64,000 bases of DNA from contig CDRNVI010000015.1 of NCBI GenBank assembly GCA_977017575.1, forward strand, positions 310,001-374,000. Direction: 5' to 3'. Positions within the stretch are counted from its first letter, which is position 1; each line of letters begins with the position of its first letter. Positions 8,407-19,146 of the stretch are shown in pieces. Source of the stretch: Paramoeba atlantica (taxonomy: Eukaryota > Protista > Discosea). The position numbers and the translations under genes are program-made. The notes under the pieces are model-generated. The model saw nothing but the letters and a program-made list of their open reading frames with translations. It was not told the DNA's origin and did no database searches.

Positions 8407-11283
8407 ATGAACGTCTCCCACTCAAACATGCTACGGTCCTTATTTGAGGGTTCTATGGAGATCGAACGAGAGAAGCGCGAAGCGTCGGAAAAGGCGTTAC
8501 GATCGCTAGCGGATCAAGTTTCGTCAAGGACAGGGCTACCTGAGGCTCTTCTTCAATTGATCTCCGAAAAGAATACTCCTGGAGAAACGTGCCAATGTGC
8601 TGCAGTATTCCTGAAAAACTTGATAAAAACTCATTGGGATGAGTCCAAAGCGGATTTTCCTCTCCAGCACGAAGACAAGGTATACATTCGAAAAAATATT
8701 CTTGAAACAATGCTTCAGTCTCCTCGACATGCGCGTAAGCTTCTTAGTCAAGCCATATACCTAATTTGTGAAACCGACTTCCCAGCAATGTGGTCTGAAT
8801 TAGTTCCATATTTGGCCGACAAGCTACAGGATACGGAAAATGTGGATGTCATACAAGCCACACTCGAAATACTGCATAGCATCCTTACTCGGTACAGAAA
8901 TCAACATTGTCTCAGTGAGTCAATAATTCCTGAACTCCTAGAGATAAATCGGCGAATCGCGATACCTTTGTTGAAAAACCTGGAGCAATCCCATCTAAAA
9001 TGCCGTGTGTCCATCTCCATAATATGTACCGATGTATTTTATGATCTGTGCTCCCTAGATTTCGGAAACGAAGTAGAATCCACATTATCCAGATGGATGG
9101 ATTGCTTTTTGAAGCTTTTAAATCTTGAAGGTACACATGAGCATGATCTTTACTGCACCTTACGAAAAAGTATCATTGCCACGCTCGCTCTTTTTTTGAC
9201 CAAATATGACGAAGAATTTAGTCCATACTTACAGCCCTTTGTTGAGATTGTGTGGAAAATGCTTCAAGGTAAAGTCAGCGAGACGGATGACGAAACTCTC
9301 ATTTCAGCCATGGATTTCTTAACTGCAGCTATGAAAGGTATGCATTGGCGTCTCTTTACGGAAATCAGCATGCGTCGCGCAATCTGTGAACATGTAGTAC
9401 TTAGCAATGTTATGCTACGTCCTGCCGATGTAGAATTATTTGAAAATGAGCCAAAAGAGTACGTGCAACGAGACATTGAAGGTAGTGATGCTCACACACG
9501 AAGGCGGTCGGCATGTGATCTTGCACGTGCCTTACTATCTGATCGCTTCCAACCAACAACAATAACTATTCTTCAAGAATTAATACAATTTAATTTACAA
9601 GAAGCAAGCCCTTCGAATGTACCTCGTTGGATAAAAGTTGACGCCGCTTTATATTTGATAGCTACCTTGAGCTCTGGTCAGAAAGCGTCCAGTCGTGCTT
9701 CCGTCACATTATGCGACGTCACTCAGATTTACGAAACATATGTGGTGGATGAGATCAAAAATATAGTTATTCAAGAAGGGGTGTCACATCCAGTGTTGAA
9801 AGCGGCGTGCCTTAAATATGTTTGTTGCTTTCGTCACCTTATTGGCAAGCAACGGCTTTTGAATATATTCCCATTTCTCTTAAAATGGGTATCTCATCCG
9901 CACGAAGTGCTTGTGACTTATTCTGCGCATTGTGTAGTGCAGGTGCTCAATCGGAAGGAATCCATATTACGTTTTTCAGACATAGCGCCATACTCGCTGT
10001 CCTGCACGGAAAATCTTATGCAGAGCATGGCAACGCATGAGATCCACAATGAGAAAGTTGCTAAGGCATTGTTATGCGTTATTTCGATTTCTGAGGGCGG
10101 ACTTGAGAAGGTTGTGGAACCCCTATGTTACGCCTTACAAAAACAAATAGTAATTTTCGTAAAAACCCCAAGCAATCCGCTTTACAATCACTACATATTC
10201 GAAATTCTATCGAGGCTTATGGATAGCTACAATAAAACTCATTTAAATACTCTGGATACCGTTTTGTGGGAAACATTGATGGGCATCTTAACCAACGACG
10301 AACACATTTTTATGCCGTACGTTTTTCAGATCATTGCTCAGTTCGTACACTTCACACCTTCGTTACCTGCCAAGTACGGACAACTATTAGGTCCGCTCTT
10401 GGATGCCAAACTATATACTCAGAAGCGACTTATTCCGTCTCTCGTAAGACTTCTCGAGGCCTATCTTGAGCGTCACGCTACAGCTTTGTACGAAGCTGGG
10501 CACGCGCCCTCTGTTTTGAACATATTTCGTATGTTGGCTCTTTCAAAATTGACAGATCACGAAGGCTTTAACCTTTTGGCTGCTTTTTCCCGTTATTCGT
10601 CAGCTGATTTAACCATTCAATACCTTCCTGAGATATTTCGCGTTATTTTCGAGCGCCTATCGAGCGCAAAAACTACGAAACTAATTCGTTGTGTCATTCT
10701 CTATTTAAGCCTACTTGTGGTTCATCTAGAAAAGGGCCCGCATATACTCTTTTCTACCATGGAAGGCATTCAGCAAGGAATTTTTTCCAATCTTGTGATG
10801 AACATTTGGCTACCAAATGCAGGAAAAATTATTGGTGGATCTGAGCGTAAGCTTGTTATTGCTGCTCTTGGGCTAATCGTTACCGATTGCGCAGAAATAC
10901 AAGCTCCGACGAACCAGTTCGTTGACCTTTGGCAGCACTGCGTGTATACCCTCTGTCGCGTGCATCATTGCGGACACGACCCCACTGAAACGCAGGGAGT
11001 AATTGATACTCCAGAAAGCGTATTGACATCTGCACCTGTTGATGTCGGTCAAAATCCTGAAGAACAAGACGAATTGGCTTTGGGTACCGGAACACTACTT
11101 TCTTTTCACAGTACGCCGCATGACATTTTGCCTCTTGTGACTGATCCGTGGTCAGACTTCATAAGAAACCTTAGCCGTTTTCTGACTCCTGACTGTCCAC
11201 ATAGGCAATGGTATCTAGACTCTCTTCGCCGTTTACCTCTTGAAGCATGTAAAATTTTTAAGAATATTTTTCCCGAATTATAG
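8407..11283 (+). CDS. CSE1: Exportin-2 / Cse1 (importin-alpha export receptor)
   Basis: 958 aa. IBN_N region (AAVFLKNLIKTHW), ELFENEPKEYVQRDIEGSDAHTRRRSACDL, and CAS C-terminal LALSKLTDHEGFNLL. Confidence 0.93.
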   Translation: MNVSHSNMLRSLFEGSMEIEREKREASEKALRSLADQVSSRTGLPEALLQLISEKNTPGETCQCAAVFLKNLIKTHWDESKADFPLQHEDKVYIRKNILETMLQSPRHARKLLSQAIYLICETDFPAMWSELVPYLADKLQDTENVDVIQATLEILHSILTRYRNQHCLSESIIPELLEINRRIAIPLLKNLEQSHLKCRVSISIICTDVFYDLCSLDFGNEVESTLSRWMDCFLKLLNLEGTHEHDLYCTLRKSIIATLALFLTKYDEEFSPYLQPFVEIVWKMLQGKVSETDDETLISAMDFLTAAMKGMHWRLFTEISMRRAICEHVVLSNVMLRPADVELFENEPKEYVQRDIEGSDAHTRRRSACDLARALLSDRFQPTTITILQELIQFNLQEASPSNVPRWIKVDAALYLIATLSSGQKASSRASVTLCDVTQIYETYVVDEIKNIVIQEGVSHPVLKAACLKYVCCFRHLIGKQRLLNIFPFLLKWVSHPHEVLVTYSAHCVVQVLNRKESILRFSDIAPYSLSCTENLMQSMATHEIHNEKVAKALLCVISISEGGLEKVVEPLCYALQKQIVIFVKTPSNPLYNHYIFEILSRLMDSYNKTHLNTLDTVLWETLMGILTNDEHIFMPYVFQIIAQFVHFTPSLPAKYGQLLGPLLDAKLYTQKRLIPSLVRLLEAYLERHATALYEAGHAPSVLNIFRMLALSKLTDHEGFNLLAAFSRYSSADLTIQYLPEIFRVIFERLSSAKTTKLIRCVILYLSLLVVHLEKGPHILFSTMEGIQQGIFSNLVMNIWLPNAGKIIGGSERKLVIAALGLIVTDCAEIQAPTNQFVDLWQHCVYTLCRVHHCGHDPTETQGVIDTPESVLTSAPVDVGQNPEEQDELALGTGTLLSFHSTPHDILPLVTDPWSDFIRNLSRFLTPDCPHRQWYLDSLRRLPLEACKIFKNIFPEL

Positions 11284-11865
11284 CATATACATGCTGTACA
11301 TCATGCGGATAACGTGCAGAATACGCACCGAACCTTTTACATTTTCTATGAGTTTTACATTTTCTATGAATTCGAATAAAACGTTTTTTGCCAAGCTCGT
11401 ACAAAAACAAGACATTCGGATTAGTAATGTCATGGGCTCAACTCACAAAGTAACTATTTTGCGTTGAAGATAACGAAAATTTCATATAGGCCACGAACCT
11501 TGGAGTGACTTTTCAAATGTTTTTTTGAAAATGTTTTTGGGTGGTGAATCTTCTATTGCGAATCTGTCGTTCATCTCTCTTATTCGTAGTGTTTCTCATA
11601 TACATGGATGTAGAAACGTTCATAAAAACTTGTGGCTATATGACGCATTCATTATTCAGTATCACAGGATAGCAATGTTACTAGTAATGCAGTATTCGTA
11701 TCACAATTGCTCTGGTTATTGCTCAGGTTATAGTACTACAGTTATAGAACCTATACCTCTTGTTTTAGAATTTTTAATTTCTGTAAATTCGAAAAAAATT
11801 AAATTTACTGCATTCTAAAAATGTAAGCATTTGATATCTTAACCTGCACTTTTCATCTGAAAACT

Positions 11866-12030
11866 ATGTATCAATCCGTCTTAGAGTGTTTTCACGAGAA
11901 ACTTCGCGCCTTGGAAAATCGAATCCAACGAATTAACAATCAAAAAGATGAACTTGAAATGTCTCCGCGATCTCTGCAAATCAGAAGCGATACGTCTCCT
12001 CTCAGCGCTGCGGAAACTCACAATGCATAA
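11866..12030 (+). CDS. Possible 54-aa coiled-coil microprotein
   Basis: ATG...TAA ORF MYQSVLECFHEKLRALENRIQRINNQKDELEM..., below the ORF-track cutoff, on the cluster strand in a 1.2 kb gap. Confidence 0.3.
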   Translation: MYQSVLECFHEKLRALENRIQRINNQKDELEMSPRSLQIRSDTSPLSAAETHNA

Positions 12031-12497
12031 TAAAGCGTGTTCAATTCTATTCTATTAGCTTGGACAGATCGAGTATTATTGGATGTGGGAGGACGACGTA
12101 CCGCTCATGATGTGCAAATAACCAAATGGAGAATAACCAATGGAGCTACAAAACAACAAGGGAGTCAAAATCAATTAAAGTGCGTTTGCTTCTTTTTACT
12201 TTTAAAATGCGCCTCCTCGCCGTAGTTCTTTTCCACAAGACCTTAAACTTTTTACGCAAGACCTTAAAAATAGTCTATATGACTCTTGCAGGGTTTCAGT
12301 GCTCTCGAAGTTTTATGAGTTCCTCAAGTTAGTGAGTTATCTTACGAATAAGTTTTGCTTCATTAAGGCGTCACTCTTTTGAAAAAGGAATTTAAAAAAC
12401 GCTCTTTTAAAAAAACTTTAGTGCTCAAGTATTGTGTAACTAAACGTGGCATGCGCAAAGAGAAATACGTCTATGTATTACATCATTTTTCCCTTAC

Positions 12498-14897
12498 ATG
12501 AATGTTTCATCTGTCGATGAATGTAACGAAAAAATATCCTTTGAAGGCATATCGTTACGTGAAGCTATCGCCAGATACTCGTTGATATTTAGGCAGGCTT
12601 TAGAGGCTCAAGACTCTGACTCGCTATACGAATTATTTTATCAACACGACGAAAGTGTGAGAGCAGCTTTAACGCATTTTCCTCATTCATATCGACTCTG
12701 GAAACTATACCTTTCATTAAGAGTACAGCTTCAACGATTATCTACAGCAAGGGTCGGCGGATTTATCGAAAGGACCGCAGAAGACTTTGAGCAATGCCTT
12801 TCGAGCACAAAGTTACGAAGATTTCCGTGGCTCTGGGTTATGTACGTGAAGATGTACATGGATTCTCTTTGTTTCACGAGCGCTCGCCACGTGTTCGGCA
12901 GAGCATTAGAATCACTTCCATGGACTCAGCATGCTTTCCTTTGGCGACGCTACGTCGGCTTTCTTTTAGAGGAGTCATTAGACTCGGACTATATGGTTAT
13001 TTCAGCGCTTAAACGAGCAGTCGAATTCAGTCGCAAATATGTCACTCCTCTGTACGATAACTATATCGCACGCAAGGGATACGTCGATGCTTTTGTTCTT
13101 CTTGTTTCTTACCCGGATTACTTCGAATTTGGTCCTCTTGACTTTCTGTCAAAGTATCGCGCTACTCCTTTTCAGAGTATTGTGAAAGATTATTTTACCA
13201 CGGCAGTCGACGTTGTTCCTGGTAAGTGTTCTACTATCCTGGCACTTGGCAATACAATTACCGAGTATTTTTCCTATCACAAAGAATTTAATGAAGCCCG
13301 AAGGCTGTACGAAACGTTGTTCCAGAGAGCTGACTATGTTTTCTTTGCTGCGGTTTATGAAAATTGTACTCTTCTCTTAGTTAACGCCGCCCATTGGCAT
13401 AAATATTCAATTGACAGTGTCCGAAATTTAGAGTCCTTACTGCAGCAGCGAGAAGACTATGATATAGCTGCCGCACTACGTAAATATCCCACCCTAACTT
13501 CCTTATGGATTCGAAAAGCAGCAAAAATGGGGGAGGATGTGGGGGGGAGGGAATCAGTTTTCTTAGAAGCAGTGAAACAATGTGCACACAATAATGATGT
13601 TCACAAAATTTGGTACGAGTTTTCTCTTTGGTACGAAGCCACGAAGGACTATTCTTCTGCTGAACATGTTTTGATAACAGCTTTAAGGCAAAAATTTGTA
13701 AATGCGGAAAGCTATGCATACTTAACTTGCGCATACGCTGAACTGCTTATACGTTGTTGCAAGCATGCAAAGGCTATTAAACTTCTTCGCTGCGCGACGG
13801 CGACTAATGATGCATCCATCGCAACATCCTTTAGCAGTGATACTGCGCTCTCCAAAGTGACGTGGAAGTCGAATCGGGTATGGAATTTGTATCTCGATCT
13901 TGTCGAACAATACGGCGACCGTGAAGCTATAAAATCATCCTATGGTCGCATGTTTTCGTTAGGTATCGGCGGATCTAAACATTTCATCAATTATGCCAAC
14001 ATTCTGAAGGAAAATAAAGAAGACGTGAGTTCCATAGTACGTGTCATCGAAGACGCTAGACAAAAGTTTTCAAGTGATCCGTCCATATGGAAAATGTACC
14101 TTAGCGCAATTGCGGATACATGTGGTTTTGAAATCGAGTTTTCTAGGCACTATTTCCGTCACTTCGCAGCACGGTTTGTTCGAGGTCACGATTATTGGCA
14201 ACTTAGTTCAAATCAGTCGCCAGGGAAATCCATCTTATTTCTGTTTAATCTTTGCGCCTGTTTTTGCGCCATTAAGGAGGATGAGTACAAGAAGGGCAAT
14301 CGCTTAATTAGTTTTGAAATGCAACGTAACGAATTGTTTTGTTCAATACGCCTGTACATCGCTACGCGAACTTGTATTACTGGTATAGCAGAGTCTGGGA
14401 AAACTCTATTACCGGGTGAAGACCCAGTCAAACGTGATGCAATCATCTATACAACGCTTTCTAATGTGATGGGACGCGTGGTTGACTACATTAAAGAAGG
14501 GGACAAAATCTTTGGATGCAATTCAGGGCGCACTGCCTTTCACAGCATTATTCAATATGTAGAAGCAGCCGTTGAAAAAGAACACTCCTTTGTCATCGTT
14601 CCTTTTATTTTGAATATCACCATGTGGTTGATTGATTACGAACTGATAGGTATTCATATCAAAGAAGCGCGAAACGCGTTTAAAATTGGTGCCCAGTGGC
14701 TTATTGTCTTAAACTCAGTTTCTTGCATCCGTAATGACATTGAATGGAGTACACTTCAAATAACGTTTTGGAAGAAGTGGGCTGAATTTGAGGAAATGTA
14801 CGGTACGGATGCCAAGCAACGCGGTGTTCGTAAAATATGGAAGACAGTTACTCAAGCAAGCTTTAAAACTGCACCTCTTTTCAGGGAAGAAAAGTAA
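12498..14897 (+). CDS. SYF1: Pre-mRNA splicing factor SYF1/XAB2 (HAT repeats)
   Basis: PHSYRLWKLYL, ARHVFGRALESLPWTQHAFLWRRY and KSNRVWNLYLDLVEQYG...INYANIL match SYF1 HAT repeats. Confidence 0.85.
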   Translation: MNVSSVDECNEKISFEGISLREAIARYSLIFRQALEAQDSDSLYELFYQHDESVRAALTHFPHSYRLWKLYLSLRVQLQRLSTARVGGFIERTAEDFEQCLSSTKLRRFPWLWVMYVKMYMDSLCFTSARHVFGRALESLPWTQHAFLWRRYVGFLLEESLDSDYMVISALKRAVEFSRKYVTPLYDNYIARKGYVDAFVLLVSYPDYFEFGPLDFLSKYRATPFQSIVKDYFTTAVDVVPGKCSTILALGNTITEYFSYHKEFNEARRLYETLFQRADYVFFAAVYENCTLLLVNAAHWHKYSIDSVRNLESLLQQREDYDIAAALRKYPTLTSLWIRKAAKMGEDVGGRESVFLEAVKQCAHNNDVHKIWYEFSLWYEATKDYSSAEHVLITALRQKFVNAESYAYLTCAYAELLIRCCKHAKAIKLLRCATATNDASIATSFSSDTALSKVTWKSNRVWNLYLDLVEQYGDREAIKSSYGRMFSLGIGGSKHFINYANILKENKEDVSSIVRVIEDARQKFSSDPSIWKMYLSAIADTCGFEIEFSRHYFRHFAARFVRGHDYWQLSSNQSPGKSILFLFNLCACFCAIKEDEYKKGNRLISFEMQRNELFCSIRLYIATRTCITGIAESGKTLLPGEDPVKRDAIIYTTLSNVMGRVVDYIKEGDKIFGCNSGRTAFHSIIQYVEAAVEKEHSFVIVPFILNITMWLIDYELIGIHIKEARNAFKIGAQWLIVLNSVSCIRNDIEWSTLQITFWKKWAEFEEMYGTDAKQRGVRKIWKTVTQASFKTAPLFREEK

Positions 14898-15842
14898 GCC
14901 GAACTACTATTTGGGCTAATTACTTAGTATATTATATTCTAAATATTGCGGTGGTTGTATTACTACCTCTCTACGCTCGATTATCGAAACAACAGTGAAC
15001 TAAAACCGAAAAAATACTGCAAAATCGAAAGACAGTATCGAAATAATTGGGGGTTCAGGGGGTCATGGTCGACCAAAACGTTTTTAGAAAAAAGAAATAT
15101 CGTTCCTCCTATTGTAGTATGGGGCCTCTACTAGCATTCTGCAACGTTGTTTTCACAACATACGTTTCAGTACCATTTCTTGCAGCTGGGACCACCCACA
15201 GTGGCCCTTTTTCGACCGAAATACGCGAAAAAATATTTTTTGGACCCAATAGGGTCCGTTTTCCTTTCACAAATAGTTTGGTCTGAGATGCATTTTGTAC
15301 GCATTACGTTCTGTAGGCTTTTATTCTTGCGAATCGGAGAACTATGAAGTGGGACAATCTGAAAATGTTAAGAAACGTACAGAAAAAAGAGTAGATTTTA
15401 TCTCAATAGTGCACAATGGGACGACACACTATAAATAGTTTTGAAAGAAATCGCAAAAACAAATCGGAACGGCTTCGCGGCACCCGTTTTCTCCGACTGA
15501 CAAATAAGTAGGGTCCCTACTTATTTACCCTCCCTAGGGGGGGTGAAGTTAATATCATTTCCCAGAACTGAGAATAAGTAGAGGGCGGTGACAATTATGT
15601 AGGGGGGATAGTATAAGGGGGATAGTATACTGTATTTCTCAAGAGAAGTCTTTACGCAGTTTAAGCTTGTTTAATGGCAAATAATTACTCACACCCTCGA
15701 ATAAAATACAACTCTGCTGCGACAATTGCAATTCAGTAGGTAGGGTTGGAGCCAAAAAGTATTCAACCCATCTCATTGAGTGAATTCCGGCGTTTACAAA
15801 ATGAATTATTTTTTGGGGAGTACGTAGGAGCCTTTTTTTGGT

Positions 15843-16316
15843 ATGAAAAATATCATTATAGACTATGCGGGTCTCACAGATTTGCTAATTGGTGTGTTAG
15901 GAAAGACTTTCTGTCTTGCTGCTCTTTTTCGTGCATATCAAAATATTGGAGGAGACCTAAAACTAGATTGCGTTCTACATGCGATTGTGATAGGATTTGG
16001 TCCGCTTAGTATAGCAGCTTATTTTCTGCCTGGCTTCGTAAAAGCAGAGCTGGTAGTAAGTGCCTCACTTCTCTTCATATGTGTCAGATGGTGGATTAAA
16101 ATGTATTGCACTCAAAACGTTGAACAGACCGAAAATTCTTGTGAGAAAATACCTTCAGATAACTATTGTTCGGAAGGAGCCCGGACCACGATACAATCCC
16201 TAAAATTACTTAGAAACAAATGCTTGAAAAATCCGCACCTGTTTTCACGATTACAAAACATTTCCCGTTTCCGGCGCTTCCTGTGTGATCCTAATGACTA
16301 CGGGATTTGGTTTTAA
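15843..16316 (+). CDS. Hypothetical small membrane protein
   Basis: 157 aa, 2-3 hydrophobic segments, cluster strand. Confidence 0.45.
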   Translation: MKNIIIDYAGLTDLLIGVLGKTFCLAALFRAYQNIGGDLKLDCVLHAIVIGFGPLSIAAYFLPGFVKAELVVSASLLFICVRWWIKMYCTQNVEQTENSCEKIPSDNYCSEGARTTIQSLKLLRNKCLKNPHLFSRLQNISRFRRFLCDPNDYGIWF

Positions 16317-16612
16317 GTCTTTTGTTGTATTTTAAATCCTGTTTTTTCAAATCTTACTCTAGAAGTAAATTTATTGCTTACTTACTCTAGAGGTATTAAA
16401 ACTTACTTTAAGAATTATAGAATCTAGTAAATCGTCGTCATTTTTACTCACAAAATTGTAAAACTTTATTTGTTAACTCATGATTCTTTGAGCAACCAAT
16501 TATTCTAAGTAGTAGTACGTCGAATCGCTACCTTTTAAATCACGTTCCTTTCTACGATTTTTGTCGTACAACGGCCATGTGCCACCTTTTTCATAACATG
16601 GTCTTTCGCTAG

Positions 16613-18682
16613 ATGAGTGTTGCAAAGGAAACATGGAGGTCGCAACACGGGGTAGGAGGTATTTCTGCGTCTCAAGTTGGTTCAGCTCTTGGTCTTCGCG
16701 GGTGCATTAGTGATTTTTTACACTACGAAAGACATCTTAAATACACTAGTCTTGCATTCGAAGGAAACAGCCACACTAGGCACGGAATTCGATTAGAGCC
16801 ATTTGCGCGAACACTCTACGAGTATTGGACTGGATACAAAGTTTGTGATGGCGGTTTTCATATTCACAAAGACCACAGTTTCCTGGCATGTTCTCCAGAT
16901 GGCCTCGTTCACCGATCCGGTGATACCACTTTGTTGCTTGAAATTAAATCCCCGGTACATGGGCTATACAAGCCCGCCACAACGGAGAATATGATTTGTG
17001 GAATTCCAAAGTGCTACATGTGTCAGATACAATGCCAAATGGAAATATATAATGCCGACGTATGTGACTTCTTTGCTTATGTGCAGTGTACTGGAACTGT
17101 TGCTGCTTGGCGAGTGCATCGCAATACTTTATGGTGGGCGTGGGCTCTACCCAAGTTGAAACTAATTAGTCATGCGTTGAATGACGTGGTCGTTCCCGAA
17201 GCATTGTGTAGCCGTAAATTTCACTTTATTCCGTTCGATTATGATCAACTTGTGGTCAAATTTCTTTTTTTGGATAATGGTTCGTCTTCTTCTTCGATAA
17301 CTTTCTGCAGACCTTTGGTATTAGAGCCTCAAGGCGCGCGTTTTGAAAAGGGGGAGATGTGTTTTTTGATTCCACAGAATGAGGTTCAAAAAGCTGAGCG
17401 GTCACAATACCATTCTTTGAATGTTGATTCAGAAGAAGAATTGGACACAATGTGGCTTTCGGCCGTTCAATATAATGAACGAAGAACCATGTTAGTGTGT
17501 AGGCCCCCAACTAGGGCATTTCCGTATTCCATAGTCCAGGACATGAACAATTCTAAGTTTTATCACGTTCCTGAGAAGTTTCTTGAAAAGGAGCACTGTG
17601 AAGAAAGCGGTCCTAATAAAAAGGATATGAAAAGCAGACTATTAAGATCATTTCCTGAAGAGGACATCCCCAGGGAAATCAGTTCATTGCAATCTACCGT
17701 AGATTCGGATGACCTCTGCAGTGCTACTCTACCTCTTCTGCTCAGTCTAAGAGACTTTTCGGAATATTTCGCATCACTTCCTGAAAAAGCAAACATTGGT
17801 CTTATTCAAGGAAGTATCCGAAAAAGGGATGTGTGTGCAGTAAATCATCTCATAGAACGTTTTTCTGAACGATTTCCCCAGTGTCACATGATGTCCTGGA
17901 GCGAATTTCTTGTTTTGGGAAAATGCGATTCTCTCCCAGGCACAATTACTATGCAGACTGAATCCGAGTTGTGTTCTCCGGAATCAAGTTCCCCATCAAG
18001 TACGGCATCAACTGCGTCATGTTCTGCTGATTCACTTGATAGAACATTCGCAAAAGGCAAATACAGTTTCTCGTGTTCTGCCATGCTAATATTTATTGGA
18101 GACATTCCCTTAGAATCACTTCCTTCGAAGGATGTCCCTTGCTCTTTTTTGCGAGATGAATGGTGTCGCGTCTTGCGCAAACACCATGTACAACTACATA
18201 TTCCAACTCTATATCTTCCATCGGCATATACTAATTTGGCTAGGCCGTATGATGCCGAAACTATTGAACATAGACCACCCAAGAAAAGATTTCTTTCACC
18301 TTTACGGACTCCCGTCGTAAGAATACATAAAAATTTATCCTCACAAAATTCGACGAATTCGCAATCCGAAAAATGCACATCATCACCTTCAAATCCAAAA
18401 ATTAATTTTTCTCAAAGTTTTGATTCAACGATCCCCACCCAGATAGAGTCGCTGGACCTTACAGGATGTATTGAAGAGATGCAAATGATAGAGGAAAATG
18501 CTGTTGCACATTCTACATGCCCAAATGAGGAAATTTTGGAGGCAGACCCACAGAGAAGAAAAGTTTCAAAATATAAAGATGGCGCTTGTTCAGGAATTTT
18601 AGTACCAAGTTGTAACGGTTTGATGTGGAGTGACGGTCTCCTGAGTCTTCGATGCCGAATAATCAGGCAATATTGGATTTAA
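16613..18682 (+). CDS. YqaJ-like (lambda-exonuclease family) domain protein with long C-terminal extension
   Basis: W......ISASQVGSALG, HGIRLEPFARTLYE, LACSPDGLV, LEIKSP, YMCQIQCQM and CDFF motifs in the first ~190 aa. Confidence 0.85.
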   Translation: MSVAKETWRSQHGVGGISASQVGSALGLRGCISDFLHYERHLKYTSLAFEGNSHTRHGIRLEPFARTLYEYWTGYKVCDGGFHIHKDHSFLACSPDGLVHRSGDTTLLLEIKSPVHGLYKPATTENMICGIPKCYMCQIQCQMEIYNADVCDFFAYVQCTGTVAAWRVHRNTLWWAWALPKLKLISHALNDVVVPEALCSRKFHFIPFDYDQLVVKFLFLDNGSSSSSITFCRPLVLEPQGARFEKGEMCFLIPQNEVQKAERSQYHSLNVDSEEELDTMWLSAVQYNERRTMLVCRPPTRAFPYSIVQDMNNSKFYHVPEKFLEKEHCEESGPNKKDMKSRLLRSFPEEDIPREISSLQSTVDSDDLCSATLPLLLSLRDFSEYFASLPEKANIGLIQGSIRKRDVCAVNHLIERFSERFPQCHMMSWSEFLVLGKCDSLPGTITMQTESELCSPESSSPSSTASTASCSADSLDRTFAKGKYSFSCSAMLIFIGDIPLESLPSKDVPCSFLRDEWCRVLRKHHVQLHIPTLYLPSAYTNLARPYDAETIEHRPPKKRFLSPLRTPVVRIHKNLSSQNSTNSQSEKCTSSPSNPKINFSQSFDSTIPTQIESLDLTGCIEEMQMIEENAVAHSTCPNEEILEADPQRRKVSKYKDGACSGILVPSCNGLMWSDGLLSLRCRIIRQYWI

Positions 18683-19032
18683 GCTATGCATTTCATAGCC
18701 ATTGTTGTAACGAAAGCAAAAAACATGCTATCATTTTTCAAGACGTCTTGAGGTACACCATGATGTGTACATGTTTACAACATATTTACAAAGCATATTT
18801 ACAACACGTCTTTACAACACGCGTGTGGACATGAAATTCATATCGATTCATTGAATCGGGACCAGAATACTCTCCAAACGAAAAAATGGAAAACTACCGT
18901 TACCCCTCCTAGACAGATCCGGACAAAAGTGTCTAAAATGGCAAAATTTAGGATATGTTACGTACTAGGATATGTTACGTACTAGTAAGGTGAGACGAAA
19001 AAATGTTCGAGGTAATCGAATGAGACCCACAA

Positions 19033-19113
19033 AGAAATATCAAGCTCAAAAAGATATCAAGCTCAAAAAAATATGAAGCTCAAAAATGTATGAAGCTCAA
19101 AAAGATATCAAGC
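19033..19113 (+). repeat. ~17 bp tandem repeat (GATATCAAGCTCAAAAA x ~5) inside the pogo element
   Basis: Visible directly in the sequence. Confidence 0.85.
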
Positions 19114-19146
19114 AGGCTCTCATCAGGAACCTAGCGTTACGCCGTC

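Noticed and set aside
15502-15540. Helitron 3' end (hairpin + CTAG)
   Set aside because: CTAG is followed by G rather than T, and no 5' TC end or Rep/helicase remnant was identified.
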